A program made the translations under genes and the position numbers. Positions 47,001-58,900 of a stretch of DNA of 64,000 bases are shown here, in pieces. Origin of the DNA: Podarcis melisellensis (taxonomy: Eukaryota); the NCBI GenBank assembly GCA_964234715.1, contig OZ174283.1; one strand, written 5' to 3'. The notes beneath the pieces are model-generated. The model made no database searches. It worked only from the letters and a program-made list of their open reading frames with translations, and was not told where the DNA came from. How positions within the stretch are numbered: position 1 is the stretch's first letter; each line of letters begins with the position of its first letter.

Positions 47001-50000
47001 TAATTTCTTCAGCTCTTTCTTGAAGGTGCTAATATACAAAGTAAACTTATTAGGGCTCCAAAGTTTGATACATTAATCAATGGAAATTGATTGAAATTGA
47101 TTAAAATGGTGCTCCCAGTAAATTGAATAACTATTTAAAAAAAAGATACCAATGCTAATTTTTTAAACAGAATAGTTTTTTTTAAAAAAATGCCGCATAA
47201 TTTTATGAGGCATTCCTCCTTATCTCTTACATTGGTTGTAATGCCTTTTCTAAGATGCCATAATGACACACTTGTGCATCAGTGTAAAAAAAAGTATTTT
47301 CTTGCTTCATAACTATTTGTTTTACTTATGTGCTAATTTAATTAATCAACTAAAAGTTACACAATTGACTAAGATTTTTTTGGTGACACCTGTAAAATGT
47401 AGTGGAGTTCATTGTAGTGGAGTAAAGATGCAATTAAATGTACACTTCCCCAGGAGTTAGCTCCACCTAACAGAATGGGACCTACTTCTAGGTAGCCATT
47501 ACACCTGCTGAAATTCACTCTTGTGCACAACTTTTGTGGATGAAATAGCATAAATGTACATCATTCTGTGCTGCTTGGGGCTGTGATAAGTAAGTTTCCT
47601 GTGTAAGCATTTGGGTTTTGGCTGCCTGGTTATTTACATAATACACTGTGTTTCGTGAAATAATATTTCTGAACTGCTGCTTCAGTCTCTGTATTTTTGT
47701 GTGAAGTACTTTTGTTACCAACTTATCAAAATTCTTTATCCTTGCTTTCCAGCCTGGGGGCATGAAAGCAGGCACATTTGATCCTTATCCAACCCATTCC
47801 GTAGACCCTTACATCGTTAAACAGGCAAAGCCTGTCACAACCAATAAACAAGGGCGGGTATTTCATCCTTCTCCTGGACCGAAGAGCAGACCAGTAAGAA
47901 GTATTATGTCATTAAATGTTGAAAAGTAAGTATGACATACCTTTAATTACTTAATATTTGCGATAAGATTTGCTGGGGCTTCTTTGAGAGGTGGAGCAAG
48001 GTGGGGGTGGTCTGCCTCGAGTATCATCCCTGAGGGGGGGTGACATCACCATGGGCAGCACCCCCTGCAACGCGCTCTGCCGTGGCGTACCCCCTAATGT
48101 TGTATTTTAATCTTGTTTTTAAGCTGTATTCATTCAACTTGTTTTTATTATTGCTTGTTAGCTGCCCTGAGCCCAGCCTTGGCTGGGGAGGGCGGGGTAT
48201 AAATAAAAATAAAAATAACAATTATTATTATTATGCACCATCCCTGGAATGCACGCTGCCGCCACATGCTCCACCTCTGCCTGTCCCTATGGGCACCGTG
48301 TGGTGCGGTGCCCCTCGCCCCTATGGGTATTTGCCCGTCCCTGTGCGCACCACCCCAGGTGCCCAAGAGGCTTTTTCTGCCACTGGCTTCCTTCTGTCGG
48401 GACATAACTGTTATGTATTGAGTTGAATAGGATTCAGAATGCAGCTGTCTGATTGGTCCTAGAACAATAGGACCCAGAATGCAGCAGTCTGATTGGTCCA
48501 CAGGAGCCACCCAATCCAGCTCCAGGTGGAAGTGAATCCTCAACCTGATTGGCCTACAGGAGAATCCCGGAATTAGCCAATCACGTGGGGCCCGTTGTGT
48601 AATTAATGTATATAAAGTAGACATTCTGGGGGAACCATTCCTCCTCACCACTATGAGCTGAATAAAGAGCATGAAATCCACTCTCAACTCCGAGTATATT
48701 TCAACAACATTCTCTGGTCTGGAATCCATTCTTCATATTTGTGGGAATTTTCTTACTACTTACTCATTGCTGTGGGTAATATACTCCAAACATACTCATG
48801 GACACTTTGATCTATTTTCTCTCCTTACATTCTAGATCAGGAATGGGGAGCCTCAATCTCTTAAAGCTGAATGCACCCCTGTAGGTTTCTCTGTCTGGCT
48901 CCCAGGAGTCATAGAATCATAGAATCCTAACAATTGGAAGGCATCACCAGATGCCTGCACATTAATGATTTGCTTCATAAAATATGGCTTGATTTAAACT
49001 GATTTTAATATATTGGCTGTAATATGAAGAGTGGTTGTGATGATTCCTTTAGGTCTGTTTGCCAGATATGCCACTTCATGTGTTTTGGAGCCCAACGTCC
49101 ATATAGGCCTTAAAAAGTGGGATACAAATCTAATGAATTTGTGCCCCTAGTACTGCAAGGAATATGATGACCCTTTTTAGGTGGGGTGGAGGAATGAGCA
49201 GGTTGCCAGTTTACCTTCTCAACAGATAAATGTAAGTGAAAGGAAGGTATTATTAGCATTGTATAAAGAGCATGAAAATCCACTCTCAACTCCGAGTATA
49301 TTTCAACAACATTCTCTGGTCTGGAATCCATTCTTCATATTTGTGGGAATTTTCTTACTACTTACTCATTGCTGTGGGTAATATACTCCAAACATACTCA
49401 TGGACACTTTGATCTATTTTCTCTCCTTACATTCTAGATCAGGAATGGGGAGCCTCAATCTCTTAAAGCTGAATGCACCCCTGTAGGTTTCTCTGTCTGG
49501 CTCCCAGGAGTCATAGAATCATAGAATCCTAACAATTGGAAGGCATCACCAGATGCCTGCACATTAATGATTTGCTTCATAAAATATGGCTTGATTTAAA
49601 CTGATTTTAATATATTGGCTGTAATATGAAGAGTGGTTGTGATGATTCCTTTAGGTCTGTTTGCCAGATATGCCACTTCATGTGTTTTGGAGCCCAACGT
49701 CCATATAGGCCTTAAAAAGTGGGATACAAATCTAATGAATTTGTGCCCCTAGTACTGCAAGGAATATGATGACCCTTTTTAGGTGGGGTGGAGGAATGAG
49801 CAGGTTGCCAGTTTACCTTCTCAACAGATAAATGTAAGTGAAAGGAAGGTATTATTAGCATTGTGCAACTGGCTGAAACTGTAGTTTCCTTCCCTCCTTC
49901 CTTCCTTCCTTCCTTCCTTCCTTCCCATCCATCCATCCATCCATCCATCCATTAATTCACCTCTAATCCAGGGTTTATTTCAGTGGCCTGGAATACAGCT

Positions 50001-50403
50001 ATGGAGAGGTTCATTGTTTAAGACAATTTCACCAACTATGGGAAAATAGTATTATATCAAAAGTTGCATATAATTATATTATTATTAGTATAATAATATA
50101 GAGTATTATGCAACTTTTGATATAATACTATTTTCCCATAGTATTATTATTTTAAAAAACTCCATAGGTTTTAAAATGAAGAATAGAATATGTTACTGAC
50201 TACTGTATAAGCTCTAGTTTGATGGGTTAAGATCTTGTTTGACAATGAAGAGCTTATGTGGGAAAGCCAGGGTGAAGAAATGGCTATTTATCTTAGCAAA
50301 AAGTCACAATTCAGTTAAATGCTCTGACACTTTTCTTTCAAATTTGAATTTCAGATCATTAAATGCAACCAACTACACAAATCCGCAAGTGATGTCATAT
50401 TAG
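41022..50403 (+). CDS. CFAP96: Cilia- and flagella-associated protein 96 (C4orf47, UPF0602), 7 coding exons, ~311 aa
   Basis: Exons 41022-41121 (MPSETGKSDMERIGLFSEMEY), 42969-43188 (PFNEAASKNKQMLPGG), 44720-44857 (CGIGTYYGTIGGP...TNPGKKGTGYG), 44968-45043, 46234-46413 (EEHHRLMKGGAFKLNL), 47753-47925 (PGGMKAGTFDPYP), 50355-50403 (SLNATNYTNPQVMSY*). Total 936 nt, in frame, all GT-AG. AATAAA at 50483. Confidence 0.95.
41546..41917 (+). mobile_element. BovB (RTE LINE) 3' fragment
   Basis: GATGCTTTTGAATTATGG...GAGAGTCCCATGGACTGCAAG; translated remnant RREDSLERTLMLGKMEGTRRRGRQRMRWLD; ends TTGGACACGACTAAACAACAAC. Confidence 0.92.
43342..43583. mobile_element. Tc1/mariner-type MITE
   Basis: TA|CAGTGGTACCTCAGGTTA...TAACCTGAGGTACCACTG|TA with perfect 18-bp TIRs and internal AACCTGAAGC repeats. 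Confidence 0.9.
45508..45575. mobile_element. Right-end fragment of the 25.3-kb MITE family
   Basis: CGCGGAACGAATTAATTTCGTCTTGCGAGGCACCTCTG|TA matches the right end of the 25255-25610 element. Confidence 0.7.
46604..46909 (+). mobile_element. Squam3-type tRNA-derived SINE with (TTC)n tail
   Basis: GAGCCAGTGTGGTGTAATGGTTAAGAGCGG head, CORE-like GGGTGACCTTGGGCCAGTCAC, 3' TTAGCCGCTTTGAGACTCC, about 20 TTC repeats, and a TTTGTTTA flanking repeat. Confidence 0.88.
48409..48703 (+). mobile_element. Solo LTR
   Basis: TG...CA ends, several CCAAT/ATTGG boxes, TATATAAA (~48609), AATAAA (48661), and near-identical 5-bp flanks ATAAC/ACAAC. Confidence 0.75.
48662..49864. repeat. Near-perfect tandem duplication, two copies of ~601 bp
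   Basis: Copy 1 is 48662-49262 and copy 2 is 49263-49864. The only difference seen is GAAATCC vs GAAAATCC. The duplicated ORF tails in the track are offset by 602. Confidence 0.95.
49893..49952. repeat. (CCTT)n/(CCAT)n compound microsatellite
   Basis: Tetranucleotide runs visible directly. Confidence 0.85.
50035..50142. repeat. Perfect 36-bp inverted repeat (hairpin)
   Basis: 50035-50070 is the exact reverse complement of 50107-50142, with a 36-nt AT-rich spacer. Confidence 0.95.
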
Positions 50404-51217
50404 CTGCACCCAAAGCAAGGTGAATGAACTTTTTAGATTCTGCAAACAGTAGCATTTTAACAGCTCAAGGGTATCTGAAGCAAATAAAAAAAATGTGGGA
50501 AATATGTCAAATATGGCTATCTTTTGCCAAAACTGTTTACCACACAGGACGATGTTTTATGAATATATTCTTTATACATATAAAGAAATAGATAATATAT
50601 TTACAAATAATGTATATAAAATGTGAAGTATATTTTGGTATAAATGTTATTTTGATTGTATGTAGCACTAGCAAAAATAAATACTTGCACTTGATGAACC
50701 TCAAGCTTATGTCCAACCATTTACAAAATCTTGTTATGGACATCTAGTCTGGTCCTAGTTAATAGACATTGATCTACTAAAAGCTATTTCGCTGGGTTCC
50801 TAAACACTCTAGTATGGCTACAAGAATGGAATCTAGGGTATAGGCATGCAGATAAGGGCTGGTTCTGTGCTGTGAGACAAAGGGTGATATCCACTGTGAG
50901 TCATTCTCAGAGTAGACCAATTGAAAACAATGAACACAAGTTAATTGATTTTAGTGGGTCTACTCTGAGTGTGTCTAACACTAGATATCACGTTCTCATT
51001 TTTTTCCAAAAAATTAAGAGTTTCTAAAATGAAAGTTGAAGATTTAAGGAATATCTGGGAATCCAGATCCCCAAAGCCCCCTTCCCATGGTTGCAACTCC
51101 AAAAGCTCCATGGTGAGAGACTATTCCAAGTGTTCCATTTCCTCCCTTCTTTTGCTATCATGGTGAACCTTTAAAGTCTGCAGATCTCTCTTCCTTACCC
51201 CCTATTCCAATCTAGAC

Positions 51218-52014
51218 TAAGGTTACCAGATTTTTTCAAAGAATCCAGTAACACTTTTTTTAAAAAAAGAGAAAAGTTATTAAAAAGTTATTTTTAAAGA
51301 AAATTAAGTAGTAATATCTTCTCTTCTGTGGTCTCCTCTGTCACGCAGCCTTCCTCTGGGCCCTGGCCTGCTCTCTTGAAGCGCTAGCTGCCGTTCTAGA
51401 GTAGGCTTGGCTTGGGCTTGGGCTTGGCGATGTGTCCTTGTCCTCCCGGTGCTCTCCTACCTCTATTCCTCAGCAGTGGCAGCGGTGTGGCAAGGTCAGG
51501 GCTCCTCTCTTTTTTCCTCCTTCCTCTTTTTCTCTTCCCTCTCCTCCTCCTCCCTGCGTTGGCTCCGGGGTTTTCCTGGCCCCGGAGCGCTGCTGGGCAG
51601 TCGGACGGGTGTTCTTGCTCCCAGCTCAATTTGGGTCATGGTGTGTGTGTGAGCGGTTCCCCGTTGATGCGCTGGGCGTCCCCGGTTCCCCCTCAACAGT
51701 GGCGGTGGTGGCAGCAGCAGTCTCAGCAGCCCAGAGCCAGCCTGGTAGTGCAGTTGGCTTAGGCTGTCTTCAGGAGCTGCTCGCTGCTGTGGTGCCCGCC
51801 ATTTTGCCTCGCCAGAAGTCCCTATATGATGTGTCTTGTGCCGTTGAACCAACCACGTAACATTCATTCTCTACTAATAAATCTACAACACTTAAAATAT
51901 AAATCCCGGGACATTAAATGAAATCCGGGGACATTCCGGGGAAAGATTTTGTCCGGGGACAGATTTGTAAATCTGAGAACTGTCCCTGGGAAATGGGGAC
52001 ATCTGGTAACCATA
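51218..52014. mobile_element. Non-autonomous hAT transposon with GC-rich internal cargo
   Basis: TIRs TAAGGTTACCAGAT / ATCTGGTAACCATA, perfect 8-bp TSD ATCTAGAC (51210-51217, 52015-52022), and subterminal CCGGGGAC repeats. Confidence 0.88.
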
Positions 52015-52911
52015 ATCTAGACACAATGCTATTATTGCTTTGATAGGAATGCAGTGGGTGATTAATCAACAGATCCGTTTAAAATGCTTTTGGTCAACTT
52101 TAAAATATGATTCTGCTACTCTGGGTAGCAGGGTTTTTATTATTATTATTTAAAAACATTATTGGTTTACTGGAAGAACTATAAATGGCAGACACTATCT
52201 TAGAAGGAGCATTTGTTCCTATGAAAAAGAGAAGAGGAAATGAATTTTCTAAGTAGTCCATTTCCTAAATGCATGATCTAAAAAAAAAAGTGTTTGCCTC
52301 TTTTATTATGTTCAATAACTCATATGAATAATTAGCTAAGATGTCCTTAATGGGATGACCTAGTATTATGGTTTCCTGCAAGGTATCCTTAACTTCTACT
52401 TTAGTTTTGTTTTTCTCTACCAACTACAAATAGTGTACAAAGAAACACTGATATAAAGCACAGCAATAATAAAACTCTTTCAAGTGTTTTAAATGCAAAG
52501 ATTTTTAAATGAAGACTGGTTTGGGTACAATACTCAGATTTTACATTTCACCAGAAATTGTCTTTATTTCCAGTTTGCCTCCTTTTATATTCAGTGAACA
52601 ATTATGACAAAGCTCAGATGATTACCTCCTTTCTTGGAATTGAAATAGCATAAAATATCATTCAAAACATTGTCAGGTGTTTCATTCTTTGAGGAAAAAG
52701 CTCCAGCTGAAACGAATGGGAATAGTATAAAAGTAACCATAAATATGTATTATGTGTGTGCAGCTCAAATCTCTTTCTCATCTACAACCTCAAGTTTGTT
52801 TCTTTCATAGTACTTGGATTTCTGATTGCTCTGCTCTTTGTTATGCTTCTCAGGCACAACAATTAGAAAATAGAGTAGTGCTTAACTTCTGTGGGCATAA
52901 CCCTTAAAGCA

Positions 52912-55900
52912 CTAAGTAGCAGAGCAAATAGTGCTATATTTCTTCCGCACAGCAGTTGGAAAACCTGACTCTTTTATGACGGATGTGGTGCAGCTGACTG
53001 AAAAAGCACTGTAGAGCTTCTTGGTGGTGTTGCGCTTCTTTTCTGTATACAGTTCCTCCTCTTCCAGTTTCTTTCGGATTTCAGAAATCTTTCCACACTC
53101 TACCAAATTGGAAATGTTAGGAAAGAAGACAAGATAGCTTTAAGATCTAATGAACTAACCAACTTAATTATTTGCAGTGGAATTCCCACAGCTGATAGGA
53201 CGTAAAACAAACTTTCCTTCCCTGTTTGATAAGTATATATCTCTCCCTTAGATGTTTAGGAACAAATAATATACTATGCAGTCTTGAGAGAGGGTAGTTT
53301 AACCTTCTCTTCTTCCTAGGTGAGTTAGTGGGGCGCTCAATGTACTCAAACGTTAGCCTTACAGGAGCTCAATGATTCTGCCAAAGATGAGGACAGAGGG
53401 TGTAATCTGTTGACAAACAACATCCCTGCCTTTGCAAGACCTTTTAAACCTTGACCTATGCCCTTAGTGTATAGGAAAGTTCTGTGGAGATAGTAGATGT
53501 CTAGGAAAGAGATATTTCAGCAACAGCTATCATCTTCCAGTAAAGGACAACATGGTAAGTGCATGTTACACAAGCAAGTTTATATACTTAATCTGTTTCA
53601 CATTTAAATGTGGAATAATCATCCTGATTATTGCAGTAATTGTAACCACAACTGAAAGCTTTCTTCTTGTATGATTTTTTTCATGTGGATTTTTCTCTGT
53701 ATTCATAAATGCAGAGCAACTAAATTACCTAAGTCTGTTAATCTACCTAAGCAGAGGCTTGCTCCATTTCAGTTACAAAAGGATGGAACAGAGTTGTTTG
53801 GCTACAATTTACTTGGCATGAAAGTCCCTACCTTTGAACCCTACAGTGAGATTGTTGCCACCCTCTGTAACCCCTAAAGATTTGGAAGACTCAGAATGTT
53901 CTGTGAAGGGACTAGAGGATGCTGTCACTGTCACACTTCACTTTTATGCCATGGCAGTAGGCAGGGGGAACCACCTGTACTACATAGGGACTTACTTGTG
54001 CTCTTACATTGGAGTTGGGAAGGTGATGCCCAATCCTGTGTGCACAGAGCACAGGAAATTGCATTAGGTAAAATTACAATTAGAGGGAAGCTTGTTTTAG
54101 GTGTGTTCTGACACCATCAAGATATTAATTCAATTTTCAAAAAGCAAATGAATGAAATTAGAATTCACATTGTAAACAGAAAGGCCCTAAAATATTCATG
54201 CTCTTATACTTTTATGACAGACATAAATCCACCCTCCGCAAGATTTGCAAATATAGACATGAATTGATTGCTTATCTGCAATATAATGCAATTGTCAGAA
54301 TACAGATATATACACCGTTGCATAAAAAAATGAAATTGTTGCATTGTGTCAGAAGAGGTGTAATGGGTTCACATATTAATTCTTATGGGCAGACACCAAA
54401 GGGTATGAATTTTTTACAAGCTATCACTCTTTCTACTGAAGTAACATTAATATTCAGTCACTCATAAACTTTTATGGCCTTTTTGTTTATATGTAAATAC
54501 TGCAGAGGCTATTTCAGCAGTCTGTCTGAAATAGTATCTCTGTATTTTGCAGTGGGTATGTTTATGACCCCCTGGCATGGACACTATTTGCACAGATGTG
54601 GCATTCAGTCTGAACATAATGTGTGGTAAAATAGTTTATATGGACTCCACATAGCAGCAGGTCTATTGAAGAGACTGGTGCCACTGACAGTGACTGCATA
54701 TATTTGGTTGATGTGCCATTCTATGGAAAAAATAGCATATCAAATGCTTGGTGTAACTATGTAGAAAGTCCTAGACACCAGTGGTTTGGATTTGCTTCAG
54801 CTTCAGTACCAATTATACTATACATGCATATAAGGTTGGCCAAACCTGAAGGTGTGGCCAACAAATCACAAAAGAAACACAAGGAACAGCCCAAAGATTT
54901 GCAGTTTTTCAAAATCTGACTACTGCTGTCAAAGGAACATGCTGGGTTGTATACCATGCTTCATAGAAATAGACTATAGAAATATATTCACAACATTTGG
55001 AGGGTAACAGGTTGTCCTAGAAATGATTAAGTAAGTCAATACAGTCATACCTCATGTTATGTCCGCTTCATGTTACATTCTTTCAGGTTACGTCCTGCGG
55101 CGACCCAGAAGTACCGGAAAGGGTTACTTGCAGGTTTTGCCGCTCGTGCATGCACAGAAGTGGCAAATCACAACCCGCACATGCGCAGACATGCCACTGC
55201 GGGTTGCTCTCTTTTCATGTTGCGAACGGGCCTCTGGAACGGATTCCGTTCGCAACCAGAGGTACCACTGTATTAGTGCAACTTCACTATGGCGTTCATA
55301 TAGAAATATATAAGATTGTGTTTTACATACATTTCATCTTACTTCTGAGCAGGCAGGCATAGGCTTGTGGTGTAAAGCATTTTAAAATGTGTGTATATTG
55401 TGCATAGCTACTACCAACATTTACAATGATTAACTGGATTGAGCTAACAGGATTTAATGTCAAAAGGAAATATTTTTATCTTCTCATATGGCCGGCTCTT
55501 TGGAAGCAATACAAACTACTTTGATGCGTGTAGGATATGAAACATATTTGACTGATGCACTCTTCCCTATATAGTTGTCTCAATGTAGTGGTTTTGTTTC
55601 CAGGTATTGTTAGAACTTGATGTTATAATTCTGTAGCTTCTGCTACAGGCTACATTATTGCTTGTTTAGCCATCAGGTATGTATATACTATACTGGATTA
55701 GGCAACAATATGTGAAAAAAGAGATATAAAACTTCATTATCATTGGTTACCTGTAAAACATCATCCCAATTTTTTATTCAAAGACTTAAGGGGAAATGGT
55801 AGTAAATGGATAGGAGAGTTTAAAAACAGGTTTCAAAGAAGAAAATTTTATTATGCTTTCTTTGAAGGACAGATTGTTGGAGTTTGTCTGGAACTGCCTG

Positions 55901-58900
55901 GAAAAAAAGACAGCTTTCTTTAAGAAAAAACCCCCTGAGCAATTCACTGTTGGAGACTGTGGTATCTACAAACCTATATAACCATGATGTCTCAGGAATC
56001 AATCAAATAAGTCACTGAAGTTCATGCTAATATTTCACTGATGGTAGGTTAGTTTAAACCAATTCCAAAAGCAATCAAAGCTAATAATTCTTATGATCAG
56101 CTCTTTATCAACATTAAATAAATTTCTCCCAGTTTGTTTATTACTTAAATGAGTAAAAAGCATCTGTCAGGATCATATTCTACACACATTTCAGAGGAAA
56201 AGTCACTTTAAAAACTCTTATCTTGCCAGAACTATAAATTTATAAAAAGCTGAATTCATTGAATTTTTTTATATGTAACACAGACAAAATCAAATGTGTT
56301 TTAAAAATCAGCTATACCTAGCAATTTCTCTCAGTACTGATTGTGGCTGAAAATATCTATAGATTGAGTGCACAATATTTCTCCCACACAAGTCCAGCTG
56401 TGTCCAGACCTCATGCTCAGGACTGTAATACTTCTGGGCCAAGGGCATATTGAGAAGGGGGACCACTAATGACTATATGAGTTATATACCTGGGTGCACT
56501 TCAAGAAATGACTGGCTTGCACATGCCCAAGGGTCTTGCCTGAGAGGGAGGGGAAAGGCCTGATGAATTGCACCCTAAAATTTCAGGCATTGCCAGTGAT
56601 TTCTTGTTGTTTTTAATCTAAGCATTTATTCCTTTATTTTACATTAACCCTAAGGATGATACCAACTGTCATTTTCCTCAGAATAATAAAGACTTAGAAC
56701 TGAGTTGAATTTCACATATCAGAAAGCAAAACATACCTGGTGAGTTATGTATTAAAGAAATATGCTGATAGCTAGATATTTCTTCACAGATTTCACTGGG
56801 ATCTGCAAATTGGTCGTTTTGCTTTTGGCTTCTGGAATTATGCCTTTGCTTAAATTGTTGATCGACCAAAGCCGTAACTTGGTCCCTGAGGCTAGCATTA
56901 TTCTTTTGGAGACGGCGTGCTTCAAACTGCAACACATCTCTCTCGTTTTCTGTAGAGCGTATTTCATTTTCCATCAGCAGGAGCTGCTCGCTCAGTAGTC
57001 TTGTTTTATTTCTGCAATCAGAAGCCTCCTGTTTATATGCATTCAGCTCCTTTTTAAGAACGTGGTTTTCGTCTGTCATGTCTGCTACGACCATTCTCAT
57101 CCTCTCACACTCTCGTTCCATGTTTGACAAGTTAGTTTTCAAAACTCCAATTTCTATTTTTGTACTTTTACGTTCCATCAGAAGTTTTTCCTCAGTATTA
57201 GTTCTGCCTGACTGGGCCTCTTCAAGCCCCTTCTGCAGGACTTCTTTCACAGTGAGCACCTCCTGCAAAGCCTTTTCAAGACTCTGTTTTTCATCTTTAA
57301 GCGACTGTGTCATCCTAATAAGAGCCTCCAGATTCGATAGTGTAGTTTTCTCATTTATCTTCAGTTGTTGCATTTCATTCTGGTTTTCTCCAACCACCTT
57401 TTCTAACAAACCCTTGTTGTCTGTTAGCTGAAGTACTTCCCCACCTAGCTTCTTATTTTCTTCTTGAAGAGTTGAAACTTGTTTTTCCAAATTTTTTAAG
57501 GACACAATCAGATCGCTTTTTTCATGTGTGGAAAAAGCCAAGGTTTCCTGTGTTTTCTGGTCTTTTTGTTGTAAATCATTTATCTCAGACATCATACGTT
57601 GATTCTCAGAATAAAGCTGCTCCTGCTTTTCTTCCAGAGCTGACTTTTGCTGTTGAAACTCCTTGCATTTCTTCAGGAGTCTTTTCACTTCTTTAAGGCA
57701 TTCCTTGCAATCTTCTTCAGATTTAACTAGCCTTTCTTGAAGGCTATTCTTCTCATCATGCAAATCCTTGATTTGCTTCTGATATTTTGAATTTTGCTCT
57801 GTCAGTGACTGTATAACGTCAGTAAGAGGTTTCAATTCATTTTCATCTTCATGGCTCATCACCTTATTACAGACATGTTCAGATTCTCTGTCAGATGTCT
57901 CTAACCATCTAACTTTTTTAGCATATTCACCAGACACAGCACCACAGAATTCCTGATGCTTTCTGAGCTCTTGGTTTGTGCTAAGCTGCTGCCTTGGTTG
58001 GTCTATCTTTGTTGGTCTGTATTTGGACAGGAAATTCATCTGCTGCTTTCTATCATATGCTGCTTGTGAAATATTTTCTTTAATATGCAACTCATCGGAA
58101 TCCTCTAGTTCTGAAATCCCCCTAGATTTAAAATCCTCATATGACATTCCCTTTTCTATTAGATCCTGTTCTGACAGATAACCAGAATCATTATCTTTAC
58201 CACTCATAACATTAGGAGAGTTTTGACGTTCAAAATGCTTACAAGTCTTTTTGCCGTCCTCTTTCGTAACCTTGAAAGAAGAACTCACACTCTCAGTCAA
58301 GGACTCCTCTTCCTCTTCCTCCTCATACTTACGAAATGCCACACACACTTTAGGTTCATCCTGATTTTTCTTCTCCCTTCGAAGAGTCCTCTCTTCTGCT
58401 TCCAAACCAACAAAAGATGGGGAGGAAAAGTTGTTGGCAGACCTCTTCAATATTTGGTCAGTATTCCAAGGCAGAATACCTTTATTTCTACACGTTGGGG
58501 CATGGTTTTCAACTTCTATATATTTTGATAGAACCTGATCTGGAATGCATTCACCTGTGACCGGCTTTCCAAATACAGTGTTGAAATTGGTTTGTAGACA
58601 ATTACTGGCACCTGGTCTGTTACCAAGATGAAGTTTTTTCTTCAACGGAAGCGCTTCTTGATGCCCTCTTGGCTGAGAGAGGGAGAAGGGGATAACAGTC
58701 AGATCAGTATTTAACAGTATTTAACAACCGAGTATTTAACAGTATTTAACAACCGAGGAAACATAGCTAGGAACCACCAATGAGTTGCATAGAGTGGCTG
58801 TTTTCAAAAGGGAATATAGGTTTTGATACAGAATCACTGCCTCCTGACACCTGCACCTTTCTCTCTTTGCAACTGTCTGGACAGCATTTGAAAGTATGCT

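Noticed and set aside
48148-48729. 193-aa minus-strand ORF
   Set aside because: It runs across a solo LTR and a LINE-tail repeat, has no domain similarity, and is most likely a chance open frame.
51396-51867. Overlapping 77-142 aa ORFs inside the hAT element
   Set aside because: A by-product of GC-rich, low-complexity cargo; no transposase or other domain is recognisable.
56678-58645. Stand-alone 655-aa single-exon gene
   Set aside because: It is the large internal exon of CCDC110 (58672-56737); the ORF's start codon is TTG and its tail runs into the intron.
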